A stretch of DNA of 28,507 nucleotides from IMG/VR virus record IMGVR_UViG_3300042549_004653, positions 1-28,507 of that record; one strand, 5' to 3'. Every line of letters begins with the position of its first letter. Positions within the stretch are counted from its first letter, which is position 1. Below, piece after piece: positions 17,296-24,485 of the stretch. A program made the translations under genes and the position numbers. The notes under the pieces were generated by a model. That model was not told the origin of the DNA. It made no database searches and worked only from the letters and a program-made list of their open reading frames with translations. Source of the DNA: a virus. Its lineage: Duplodnaviria; Caudoviricetes.

Positions 17296-17367
17296 CTATT
17301 TATTCATTACATACATAGTTACTTCAAATCCAAATCTCATTTCTGTAGCTGATGGAGTAGTCCACAT
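17296..17367 (-). CDS. pqqA: Pyrroloquinoline quinone precursor peptide PqqA (not in ORF track)
   Basis: Translates to MWTTPSATEMRFGFEVTMYVMNK*, matching the PqqA consensus W-x-x-P-x-x-x-(D/E)-x-R-x-G-x-E-V-T-x-Y with intact E-x3-Y; SD AAGGA 8 nt upstream. Confidence 0.96.
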   Translation of the reverse strand: MWTTPSATEMRFGFEVTMYVMNK

Positions 17368-17386
17368 AGTATTTATCCTTTATCTG

Positions 17387-17419
17387 TAACAAGCAAAATT
17401 ACTTGTTATGCAAATTATG
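17387..17419 (-). promoter_or_regulatory. Putative pqqA -10 box and 5' leader hairpin
   Basis: Minus-strand CATAAT (17419-17414), then perfect inverted repeat TAACAAG-N8-CTTGTTA (17387-17408); no canonical -35 at 17 bp. Confidence 0.4.
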
Positions 17420-17453
17420 GGCTTTTTGCAAGACAAAACCATCAGTAAAATCA

Positions 17454-17690
17454 TTAAAATGGCATTGCTGAATCAGTTGCACTTGTATTTGATCCTGCAC
17501 CATCTTTAGGTTGCGGTTCTCTCATTGTTACCCAGCCGTCAAAATTGACAGGAATAGATTCAATAAGAAGTGAAGTGCCGCCTTGTTTATTAGACATTGC
17601 AACTCCAACTTTAGTCCAGCGAGCTTTTGTTTCGCCTTCTTTGTTTACATACTCGCCTGTTTTAGCGATTAGATCATGGGTTATTGCCAT
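17454..17690 (-). CDS. Small ssDNA-binding protein-like
   Basis: GEY..GETKARWTKVG beta-rich core with SSB-type tail (..DSAMPF); follows ERF and exonuclease genes. Confidence 0.6.
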   Translation of the reverse strand: MAITHDLIAKTGEYVNKEGETKARWTKVGVAMSNKQGGTSLLIESIPVNFDGWVTMREPQPKDGAGSNTSATDSAMPF

Positions 17691-18339
17691 TTTGTATTTC
17701 CTTTAAGTTATTAACAGTAGTTTCTATTTCCTGTAAGAATAAGATCACCTTATCTTCCATTGTTTTAATATATTCATCATCACGATAAATACGCTTCACA
17801 AATCCTTCTAATCCCGTAAGGTCGGGATCAAAAGAAACGAGATCACAAAATTCCATTTCAGGCATACAGGCTAATTGCCACATGCATTGGTCGTAATATT
17901 GTTCTAATTGTTTGCCACCTGTTAAATAATTATCCAAATGGTTACTTGGATCGGGCGCTTTTAGCTCAATTAAATATGGCTTGTCAGCAAATACAATTCC
18001 ATCAGGACTGCATTGAGCATTTTCAATTGTAGGATGTTTAACAATAGCTACTTGATCCACAAAGACATTATGCTTAACTTCATACCAAGAACGCGCCAAC
18101 GGCTCAAGTTCAATACCTCTTATCATTGCGGGCGATTTCCAAGTATCTAATTTTTTACTTGTTAATCTTTCCCTAATTAATTCATTTTTATATTTTCTAC
18201 GGGTTAATGATTCGCCACCTGATCTGCCTTCAGTAAGCAAATCTGCAATACGGCTACCGCCTATCTTCCCGATGCGGAGCGCTTGCCATTTTTCCGATCC
18301 CTGAATTACATCCCTAATAATTCTTTCTTCTAATTTCAT
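17674..18339 (-). CDS. YqaJ / lambda-exonuclease family alkaline exonuclease
   Basis: QGS-x-x-W-x-x-L-R-x-G-K-I-G-G-S, M-x-R-G-x-E-L-E-P-x-A-R, SPDG, IELKAP, Y-x-x-Q-x-x-W-Q-L. Confidence 0.92.
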   Translation of the reverse strand: MKLEERIIRDVIQGSEKWQALRIGKIGGSRIADLLTEGRSGGESLTRRKYKNELIRERLTSKKLDTWKSPAMIRGIELEPLARSWYEVKHNVFVDQVAIVKHPTIENAQCSPDGIVFADKPYLIELKAPDPSNHLDNYLTGGKQLEQYYDQCMWQLACMPEMEFCDLVSFDPDLTGLEGFVKRIYRDDEYIKTMEDKVILFLQEIETTVNNLKEIQNGNNP

Positions 18340-18782
18340 GTAGTTTCCTTGTTTAAATTTAAGTTTCTATAAGTAACGCCATCATGCCATTGTTGATCTA
18401 TTGATTGCTCATAAAGACTTATTAATCTGTCAGGATGAAGCAATAAAGGTTTGTGATCTTTAAAACAAAAGGCATAAAGCAAAGGACATTTTTCAGAGCT
18501 ATACCATTCCATAAACATTGGAAGCATTTTAATTTCTGAAGCTTTAATATTGGCCGTTCCTTTTACCATTATTAAGCCAGCCTTCCCATTATTGTTAATA
18601 TAAAAATCAGGCATATTTCTAATAAAAATATTTAGATCATAAAAATTAGGAATTGGATCGTTTTTCTCATCAAAGCCTAATCGCCTATAAAAGTAACCTT
18701 TAGATTGGCAATAAGCTTCAAACAATACTTCCGCTATATTAACAACATTATTTCTTTGTTTATAAGAATAAGTGCCATTCAT
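18336..18782 (-). CDS. PD-(D/E)xK nuclease-like protein
   Basis: E-x-x-F-x-x-Y, MPDFYI, IMVKG (the acidic residue of ExK is replaced by Met). Confidence 0.5.
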   Translation of the reverse strand: MNGTYSYKQRNNVVNIAEVLFEAYCQSKGYFYRRLGFDEKNDPIPNFYDLNIFIRNMPDFYINNNGKAGLIMVKGTANIKASEIKMLPMFMEWYSSEKCPLLYAFCFKDHKPLLLHPDRLISLYEQSIDQQWHDGVTYRNLNLNKETT

Positions 18783-18952
18783 AGTTTAGAGCTTTGAATT
18801 CTGCCATATAAAGGGGCTAATAAGTATTTATCGCCCAGCTCTCTTTTAATAGCTTCTATTCTTGTTTTACGGGCTTCTATAGCCATTAATTCTTGCGCGG
18901 AATAGGGTAGCGTCACTCCGTAAAAATTACTGTTTCTTGATCCTTCCATCAT
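18779..18952 (-). CDS. Hypothetical 57-aa protein (not in ORF track)
   Basis: MMEGSRNSNFYGVTLPY...KRELGDKYLLAPLYGRIQSSKL; ATGA overlaps with both neighbours. Confidence 0.75.
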   Translation of the reverse strand: MMEGSRNSNFYGVTLPYSAQELMAIEARKTRIEAIKRELGDKYLLAPLYGRIQSSKL

Positions 18953-19491
18953 AGCTCCGCCTTTCTTTTATCTTTAGCTTCAATTACCATTTTAGATAAA
19001 GTGCGATCATTCTTAACTTCACCCATTACAAAATTATAATTAGCCTGGAGTTCCTCTAAAGTTTCGGAATGATTAATTCTTTGAAGATAATCTGCGGCAT
19101 TAAGCGCGGCGGATTGGCCATCGTCATCATCAGCATAAAGAGCGCAAAGACTAGATATGGAGTATCGGCGGATATAAGAAATTGCTGATCCTAATCCTTG
19201 CGGATCTTGTTTCTGAATAGGACAGACGGCAGTATCCTCAATCCATTCGCCCGAACTATGGAGTAATCGAGTGGTTAGATGGAGTTTATTGTCGTCTGAT
19301 GGGCTTAATGATTGGAGTATTGCAATGCCATTATCATTGAGTGGCTTCTTAACCGCTTCAATAACTGAATTAATATTGGCATACTTGGATTTAAAGTGAG
19401 GATTGGTAGAATCTTTAGCGGCAAATCTAATTTCTTTTTGCGCCGACACTAAAGCTTCAGCAATCTGTTTGATGCTATCGGAAGTTTTCAT
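18949..19491 (-). CDS. erf: ERF family single-strand annealing protein
   Basis: AL-x-x-AQ, KDS-x-NPHFKSKYA, TT-x-L-x-H-x-SGEW, Q-x-x-GSAISY-x-RRY, DDDG. Confidence 0.92.
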   Translation of the reverse strand: MKTSDSIKQIAEALVSAQKEIRFAAKDSTNPHFKSKYANINSVIEAVKKPLNDNGIAILQSLSPSDDNKLHLTTRLLHSSGEWIEDTAVCPIQKQDPQGLGSAISYIRRYSISSLCALYADDDDGQSAALNAADYLQRINHSETLEELQANYNFVMGEVKNDRTLSKMVIEAKDKRKAEL

Positions 19492-19515
19492 CTTATCTTG
19501 TCCTAAAAAGTTTCG

Positions 19516-19890
19516 TTAAATTACATGCGATATTGTATCGTTATAAGCCCATTTAGCAAAACTATTTGTTTCATAGTTTTCAGCTATAAACTTTGCAATT
19601 CTTTTAATTTCCGCATCATAAACATCTTTAATGCGACCTAATTTATCATCATTACGATCATAAAGAATATTCTTTACTTGATTTTGAACTTCAACTTCAT
19701 CATAAAAATCAGAAAATACTTCAGCGTTAAAAGTAATATGATGTTCGATTAGTTCTTGCAAAGATATATGAGGTTCTAAATCCAAAAAGTCAGGATCAGG
19801 ATTCATCATAGTTTGAATATGAATCTTGTGTTGCATCTCTCGTTGCTGGTCAGACATACTTGCCCCCGTAACTTGTTGATTCTTCGTCAT
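19516..19890 (-). CDS. Hypothetical protein
   Basis: 124 aa acidic ORF in the early operon; true start may be the second Met. Confidence 0.65.
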   Translation of the reverse strand: MTKNQQVTGASMSDQQREMQHKIHIQTMMNPDPDFLDLEPHISLQELIEHHITFNAEVFSDFYDEVEVQNQVKNILYDRNDDKLGRIKDVYDAEIKRIAKFIAENYETNSFAKWAYNDTISHVI

Positions 19891-19891
19891 A

Positions 19892-20005
19892 TTACACTCC
19901 TTTTAAGAAATTGTCTAGTAAAGGTAGTAAGACATAAAGCCACATGCCAAAGTAAGCCCAAAAAGCAATTGCATAAATAATTAGTTTCTTATTTTGTGTT
20001 GTCAT
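19892..20005 (-). CDS. 37-aa single-pass membrane peptide (not in ORF track)
   Basis: MTTQNKKLIIYAIAFWAYFGMWLYVLLPLLDNFLKGV; SD GGGGA; fills the gap exactly. Confidence 0.7.
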   Translation of the reverse strand: MTTQNKKLIIYAIAFWAYFGMWLYVLLPLLDNFLKGV

Positions 20006-20006
20006 A

Positions 20007-20264
20007 TTATTCCCCTATTTCAGATTTGTAAGGATCAATTTGTGTTTGCACATACTCGTAATTACCACTTTGAGAATTATGCTTGAGTTTTGAATTAGGT
20101 GCAACAAATTCGTATTTGTCGGCAGTCCAATTATATTTAAGCTTGGCATCTTTAGGAGCATAGTTATATTTGTTTTCAACCCAATTATAACGAAGCTTTG
20201 ATGATTCACCCCCGACCGCTATGATCGGGAGTGCGATTAATAGTGCGGTTAATAATTTTTTCAT
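20007..20264 (-). CDS. Small exported protein with three 18-aa repeats
   Basis: Signal-like MKKLLTALLIALPIIAVG, then KLRYNWVENKYNYAPKDA / KLKYNWTADKYEFVAPNS / KLKHNSQSGNYEYVQTQ. Confidence 0.75.
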   Translation of the reverse strand: MKKLLTALLIALPIIAVGGESSKLRYNWVENKYNYAPKDAKLKYNWTADKYEFVAPNSKLKHNSQSGNYEYVQTQIDPYKSEIGE

Positions 20265-20602
20265 ACCGCAACCCTAATTATTTGACCTGTAATTACATCA
20301 ACAACTGTTTCACTTGAATCAAAGTTTGCATTTATATCGCAAAGTTCTTCCTCTGAATAACCATTTTTTTGACGCATTAAAATATATTGTTTTAGGAATG
20401 CATCATCTTCTTCAGATTTTGTTGCAAGGCTAATTGTAAGTGTTTGTTCTGAAATTTTGCCATCAATCCAAGCTAATTCAAGAATGTCGCGCGGTGGGAC
20501 AGAGTTGTTAGAATTCCAACGGATAACGCCATTAGCGTCATGATGATAATCATATTGATCAAGTTTAGCTACAAATTTAAAGTCTTTTGTTTGAAGTTTC
20601 AT
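20261..20602 (-). CDS. Hypothetical protein, first gene of the leftward arm
   Basis: 113 aa; GVIRW-x-SNN-x-VPP-x-D-x-L, terminal VVDVITG; SD AAGGA. Confidence 0.7.
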   Translation of the reverse strand: MKLQTKDFKFVAKLDQYDYHHDANGVIRWNSNNSVPPRDILELAWIDGKISEQTLTISLATKSEEDDAFLKQYILMRQKNGYSEEELCDINANFDSSETVVDVITGQIIRVAV

Positions 20603-20650
20603 TTTAGTTTCCTTATAGTTTCTTGTTAATAAATTGTGTTGCTAGGTGTT

Positions 20651-20678
20651 AATATATACCTATTAATAATTATTTCAA
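20651..20678 (-). promoter_or_regulatory. Putative sigma70 leftward early promoter
   Basis: Minus strand TTGAAA (20678-20673)-N16-TATATT (20656-20651) in the AT-rich divergent gap 20603-20696. Confidence 0.55.
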
Positions 20679-20696
20679 GCTTTTTTAAATATATTT

Positions 20697-21053
20697 ATGA
20701 AAAATAACGAACACCTGGCACAGACTTTGCTTATTAAATGGTTTAGGCTTCAATATCCATTAATGGCAAAATGCTTGTTTGCTATACCAAATGGGGGCGC
20801 TAGGCATATTGGAACGGCCTTAAAATTAAAAGCTGAAGGGGTAACGGCAGGGGTATCCGATTTATTCCTTATGATTCCAGCAAATAAGCTTCATGGCCTA
20901 TTTTTAGAGATGAAAGCCGATAAAAGTGCAAGATTACAACAAAATCAAATAGACTTCCTTAATCTAGCAGAATCAATGGGTTATGGTGCGGAAGTGGCAC
21001 ATGGGTTTGAGGAAGCTCAAAAAATAATACAAAAATACTTGCACGAATCATAG
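20697..21053 (+). CDS. VRR-NUC domain nuclease
   Basis: E-x-x-x-Q, AIPNGG-x-R, LKAEGV-x-AGVSDLF, LFLEMK, Q-x-x-F. Confidence 0.88.
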   Translation: MKNNEHLAQTLLIKWFRLQYPLMAKCLFAIPNGGARHIGTALKLKAEGVTAGVSDLFLMIPANKLHGLFLEMKADKSARLQQNQIDFLNLAESMGYGAEVAHGFEEAQKIIQKYLHES

Positions 21054-21067
21054 AATTCGTTTAATAA
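21039..21067 (+). promoter_or_regulatory. Possible promoter with overlapping palindromic operator upstream of the initiator gene
   Basis: TTGCAC at 21039-21044, AT-rich -10 region, and inverted repeat ACGAAT-N6-ATTCGT (21043-21060). Confidence 0.35.
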
Positions 21068-21099
21068 TAAAAAAGACAAGATAAAAGAAGGGAAACTAA

Positions 21100-21750
21100 T
21101 TGCATTACTATCAGCACAATATATCAGACTACAGGGCGGACACAGGCCATTTAACTCTGCTCGAACATGGTTGTTACCATCAACTATTAGATCAATATTA
21201 TCTTAATGAAGAACCACTTCCATTAGATATAGACAAAATATTCCGATTACTTACTGCGAGGACACAAGATGAAAAGGATGCTATTAAAAATGTGCTTAAA
21301 GATTTCTTTGTGGAAACTGAAGCTGGTTTTATTCAAAGAAGGTGTGATAATGAGATTAAATTCTATCACGAACGGATAGATTCTGCGGCGGCGGCAGGTC
21401 GTAAAAGTGCCGAGAAACGGGCGAATTCCAACGGGCGTTCAACGGGCGTTCAACGGATGTTCAACCAACTAATAACTAATAACCAAGAACCAATAACTAA
21501 TAACCATATAGATATATCATCCGATTTTGATATATTTTGGCAAGAGTATCCAAAAAAGGTCGGTAAAGAAGCCGCAAGAAAATCTTGGTATAAGATAAGA
21601 CCTAATTTACAAGATGTTCTTAAAACTTTAGCTTGGCAAAAAGAAAGCAAGCAATGGTTTGAGAAGGGTGGACAGTTTATTCCAAATGCTAGCACTTATT
21701 TAAATCAGCATCGTTTCTTGGATGAGCAGTCCGTATCAGTAACATTTTAG
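21100..21750 (+). CDS. Replication initiator (DUF1376/YdaU-like N-terminus), TTG start
   Basis: HYYQHNISDY-x-x-DT-x-HL-x-x-x-EHG-x-Y-x-x-LLD-x-YY; C-terminal F-x-x-FW-x-x-YPKKVGK..A and FIPNASTYLN. Confidence 0.85.
   Translation: MHYYQHNISDYRADTGHLTLLEHGCYHQLLDQYYLNEEPLPLDIDKIFRLLTARTQDEKDAIKNVLKDFFVETEAGFIQRRCDNEIKFYHERIDSAAAAGRKSAEKRANSNGRSTGVQRMFNQLITNNQEPITNNHIDISSDFDIFWQEYPKKVGKEAARKSWYKIRPNLQDVLKTLAWQKESKQWFEKGGQFIPNASTYLNQHRFLDEQSVSVTF
21415..21515. repeat. Putative replication origin: 11-bp iterons plus AT-rich 7-mer array
   Basis: CAACGGGCGTT x2 and CAACGGATGTT (21429-21461), degenerate copy at 21415; six AACYAAT-like heptamers (21467-21508); inside the initiator gene as in lambdoid phages. 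Confidence 0.75.
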
Positions 21751-21758
21751 GAAGAAAG

Positions 21759-22115
21759 ATGATAAATGAAATCTTATGTCTATCAGCAATTATGTTTGGT
21801 GAAGCAAGGGGTGAACCTGATATGGGAAAAGTTGCAGTTGCTTATACTGCGATTAACCGCAAAGCCGATCCAAATTATCCGAAAACTATTTGTGAAGTAA
21901 TGAAGCAACCAGCTCAATATCAGTTTCTTGATTATGGGATGCCAACTAAAACACAAATAGCTTATTTAGAACCGCTTGCAAAAGCGATTTTAGAAAATAG
22001 GATAAATGATCCAACAAAGGGTGCAAAATGGTTTCATACGAAACAAATGGCAAAACCTTTTTGGGCAAGACAAAAAGAAGTTAAGATAGCTATAGCAAAT
22101 CATATTTTTTATTAA
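21759..22115 (+). CDS. SleB-like cell wall hydrolase (Hydrolase_2)
   Basis: CL-x-x-x-x-F-G-EARGE, G-x-x-AVA-x-x-x-x-NR, YP-x-TIC-x-V, Q-x-x-QY, DPT-x-GA-x-W-F-H, I-x-NH-x-FY. Confidence 0.9.
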   Translation: MINEILCLSAIMFGEARGEPDMGKVAVAYTAINRKADPNYPKTICEVMKQPAQYQFLDYGMPTKTQIAYLEPLAKAILENRINDPTKGAKWFHTKQMAKPFWARQKEVKIAIANHIFY

Positions 22116-22124
22116 GGAAAAGAC

Positions 22125-22394
22125 ATGACACAAGATACGACAATGGGTAATTTAGAAACTTGGGTTCGTCAGTTAAATGGCGAACTCAATGTTCAAGAAG
22201 TAGCAAAAACTAAACCAGCACCAATTGAAGATGTGGTAGCTCCATATTCAGTATTTTTAAGGCATTATGATAAAGTTGGTCTTTGTGCGGCCACAAATAA
22301 AAGACGCGCTAGTCGATGCAATGTAGAATTTGTATTTGATGGCAATACTCGTAAACTTAAAAGCGTTAGATTAATTAATCAAGATGAAGAATAA
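22125..22394 (+). CDS. Hypothetical protein
   Basis: 89 aa ORF, SD AAGGA. Confidence 0.65.
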   Translation: MTQDTTMGNLETWVRQLNGELNVQEVAKTKPAPIEDVVAPYSVFLRHYDKVGLCAATNKRRASRCNVEFVFDGNTRKLKSVRLINQDEE

Positions 22395-22602
22395 AGAACC
22401 CAATACTAAAGAATGGCTTTTAAAAGTCCACAGACAAACTCAAACTGATCTTGAATATCGTAAACAATTAGCTCAAGATGTAAATCAGCTTGTAGAAGCT
22501 TTAGATTGGATGGTTGAATCTTTTACTCAAGGCGATGCAAGATGGAATGATGTTCCTTGTGTTAGAAATGCGAAGGTTATATTAGAAAAACTTAAAGGAT
22601 AA
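22384..22602 (+). CDS. Hypothetical protein
   Basis: 72 aa helical ORF overlapping the previous stop. Confidence 0.65.
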   Translation: MKNKEPNTKEWLLKVHRQTQTDLEYRKQLAQDVNQLVEALDWMVESFTQGDARWNDVPCVRNAKVILEKLKG

Positions 22603-22608
22603 GACAAT

Positions 22609-22830
22609 ATGGAAACTGTGAAGGCCTGGATGATAGAAGAATACGATAATCATAATAATCTTGTATGGAAAATGATTTCATTCTTTCCGCCCGACAGTTT
22701 GGAGTGGATGCGAGATATTCGCGGTAAAAAGCATAATTTAGTTATATCAGAGTTAGGGGTTATTACTTCTAAAAAAATCAATGGAGTTGAAAAGAAATAT
22801 GATTCTAGCAAATTTGTGGTTGGTCTTTAA
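22609..22830 (+). CDS. Hypothetical protein
   Basis: 73 aa ORF, SD AAGGA. Confidence 0.6.
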   Translation: METVKAWMIEEYDNHNNLVWKMISFFPPDSLEWMRDIRGKKHNLVISELGVITSKKINGVEKKYDSSKFVVGL

Positions 22831-22915
22831 AATTGTTGGCTTTGTTTTGTGGGCGATTATATTCTTGGTTGTTTCACTCATCTTATTTTATTTGTGGGAA
22901 GAATTTAATAACTAG
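22799..22915 (+). CDS. 38-aa hydrophobic peptide (not in ORF track)
   Basis: MILANLWLVFKIVGFVLWAIIFLVVSLILFYLWEEFNN. Confidence 0.5.
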   Translation: MILANLWLVFKIVGFVLWAIIFLVVSLILFYLWEEFNN

Positions 22916-23012
22916 AATTTTAGATTTTGCAATTAAAATATTAATTATTGGTGGATTTTTTGGTTTATTACTTGGAATATCATTAGTGCTACAATTAACA
23001 TTTATCCGATGA
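22908..23012 (+). CDS. 34-aa hydrophobic peptide with ATA start or lost start (not in ORF track)
   Basis: (I)TRILDFAIKILIIGGFFGLLLGISLVLQLTFIR*; stop overlaps the next ATG (ATGA); purine-rich GGGAAG upstream. Confidence 0.4.
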   Translation: MTRILDFAIKILIIGGFFGLLLGISLVLQLTFIR

Positions 23013-23200
23013 GTAATTTTATGGAAGTCTTATTTCGCTATTTAGTCTTTGATGATTTAGGCGAACCTATCCGCAGATTTAGAACAAAGCATGAAGCTGA
23101 ATGTTATATATTGCACAGAGGTAATCATAGAATTGAAAGATTACCAGCTCCACCAAAAGAAAATGTATTTGATTTAATAACAGACGAGCCATTATTTTGA
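23009..23200 (+). CDS. Hypothetical protein
   Basis: 63 aa; Y-x-V-x-D-D-x-G-E-x-I-R-x-F-x-x-K-x-E-A. Confidence 0.65.
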   Translation: MSNFMEVLFRYLVFDDLGEPIRRFRTKHEAECYILHRGNHRIERLPAPPKENVFDLITDEPLF

Positions 23201-23340
23201 GCCATATCCTAATTATTATTACAGGTCTTATCTATTCATATATTAGCATTGAGCAATTTTATCTAGGCAATAATGGTATGAGTGTTTGTTATTTTGGTTA
23301 TGCGTTAGGAAATGTTGGCTTGTATATGATGGCTAAATGA
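23197..23340 (+). CDS. 47-aa two-helix membrane protein, TTG start (not in ORF track)
   Basis: MSHILIIITGLIYSYISIEQFYLGNNGMSVCYFGYALGNVGLYMMAK; TTGA and ATGA overlaps at both ends. Confidence 0.7.
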   Translation: MSHILIIITGLIYSYISIEQFYLGNNGMSVCYFGYALGNVGLYMMAK

Positions 23341-23558
23341 AAAAATATATTAGTTTAATATTAATATTTTTATTAGTTGGATGTGCAGAGATAGCAACAA
23401 GTGTTGCAATTAATACAGGTGTTCAATTAGTAGGTGAAAAATATTTAATAGCGCACAAGCAACCTACTATTAAATGTAGTGCAATAAATGTTTTAAAAGG
23501 TAATAAATTTTGTAGAGTAAGTCAAACTTATAAGGTGTCCTATGCAAGAAAAAGATAA
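23337..23558 (+). CDS. Small lipoprotein
   Basis: MKKY + hydrophobic core + LVG-C lipobox; two further Cys. Confidence 0.7.
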   Translation: MKKYISLILIFLLVGCAEIATSVAINTGVQLVGEKYLIAHKQPTIKCSAINVLKGNKFCRVSQTYKVSYARKR

Positions 23559-23970
23559 GATAAGTTTTAAATCAATGATGGATACGCTTGCTTCAATCTA
23601 TCAAAAACAACCATTGGATCAGAATACTTTAAGAGTTTGGTTTTATAAACTTGAGAAGTTTGAATTTAGTATTGTTACTAAAGCTTTCGATAAGCATATT
23701 GATAACAGTAAATTCTTTCCCAGTATTTTTGACATCTTGCAATTATGCAGGGAAAAGCCAATTGAGTTTGCCAGGCTAGAAGCACCAAAACTATCTAAAG
23801 AAGAAAATGCGGTATATGCGGCAAATGTAAATAGATTTGTTAAAGACAATAAGATTGAAGATAAGAAGCTAAAAGATATGAGAGCTTGGGCGCATAGAAT
23901 TATTGCTAACCCAAAAAATTATCCAGCAATCTCACTTGAATTCGCAAAGGAAGCTATACATGCAAAATAA
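23542..23970 (+). CDS. Helicase loader / loader-inhibitor-like replication accessory protein
   Basis: F-x-x-M-M-x-x-L-x-x-x-Y, W-F-x-x-L-x-x-F, V-x-x-A-F-x-x-H, KFFP-x-I-x-D-I pattern. Confidence 0.55.
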   Translation: MQEKDKISFKSMMDTLASIYQKQPLDQNTLRVWFYKLEKFEFSIVTKAFDKHIDNSKFFPSIFDILQLCREKPIEFARLEAPKLSKEENAVYAANVNRFVKDNKIEDKKLKDMRAWAHRIIANPKNYPAISLEFAKEAIHAK

Positions 23971-24229
23971 ATGGAGCAAAGTCAGTAAATATTGCATTGA
24001 GCGCAATAATTTTTATATATCTCGATACATGCTTGCGGATGGTGCAAATAGATTTGTATTATGGGATGGCACAAAGATGATTAAAATACACGATGACGCA
24101 AAGGCGCTAAAAGATGAAGCAGAAAGAATGGATAGTCACGCTACACAATATCAATCAACTACAGATTTATTTGGAAGGTCTTATCAAAAAAGGCAAAACA
24201 CCACAAGTTACGATCAAAGAAAAGGTTAG
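23960..24229 (+). CDS. Hypothetical protein
   Basis: Start moved to ATG 23960 (SD AAGGA); 3' end overlaps ninB-like gene by 116 nt. Confidence 0.55.
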   Translation: MQNKWSKVSKYCIERNNFYISRYMLADGANRFVLWDGTKMIKIHDDAKALKDEAERMDSHATQYQSTTDLFGRSYQKRQNTTSYDQRKG

Positions 24230-24485
24230 CGGTGATAAGAGGTCGATTGAAGCTAATAAATTTTTGTGGGGTAGGTTATATAAAAGCATTAGTCAGTTTA
24301 CTGGATACCTTCCGATGGAAGTGCATCTTTTGTGCGGGCATTTATTTCTCACAGAACAAAAAACAATAAATGAAGTGCAAGTGCCTTATGTTAGATCAAC
24401 TACAGATTTGTCAGTCGAGGAATTTAGTTTATATATTCAGCAAATAGAATCGTATTTCTCACAATTAGGATGGTCGATTGAATAA
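24114..24485 (+). CDS. ninB: NinB/YbcN (lambda Orf) family recombination protein
   Basis: KRS-x-x-x-N-x-x-L-W, I-S-x-x-T-G, STT-x-L-S-x-x-E-F-S-x-Y-I-x-x-I-E. Confidence 0.75.
   Translation: MKQKEWIVTLHNINQLQIYLEGLIKKGKTPQVTIKEKVSGDKRSIEANKFLWGRLYKSISQFTGYLPMEVHLLCGHLFLTEQKTINEVQVPYVRSTTDLSVEEFSLYIQQIESYFSQLGWSIE

Noticed and set aside
17220-17453. tRNA or attP site in the convergent intergenic region
   Set aside because: No cloverleaf or T-loop consensus and no integrase; the region is explained by the terminator, pqqA and its hairpins.
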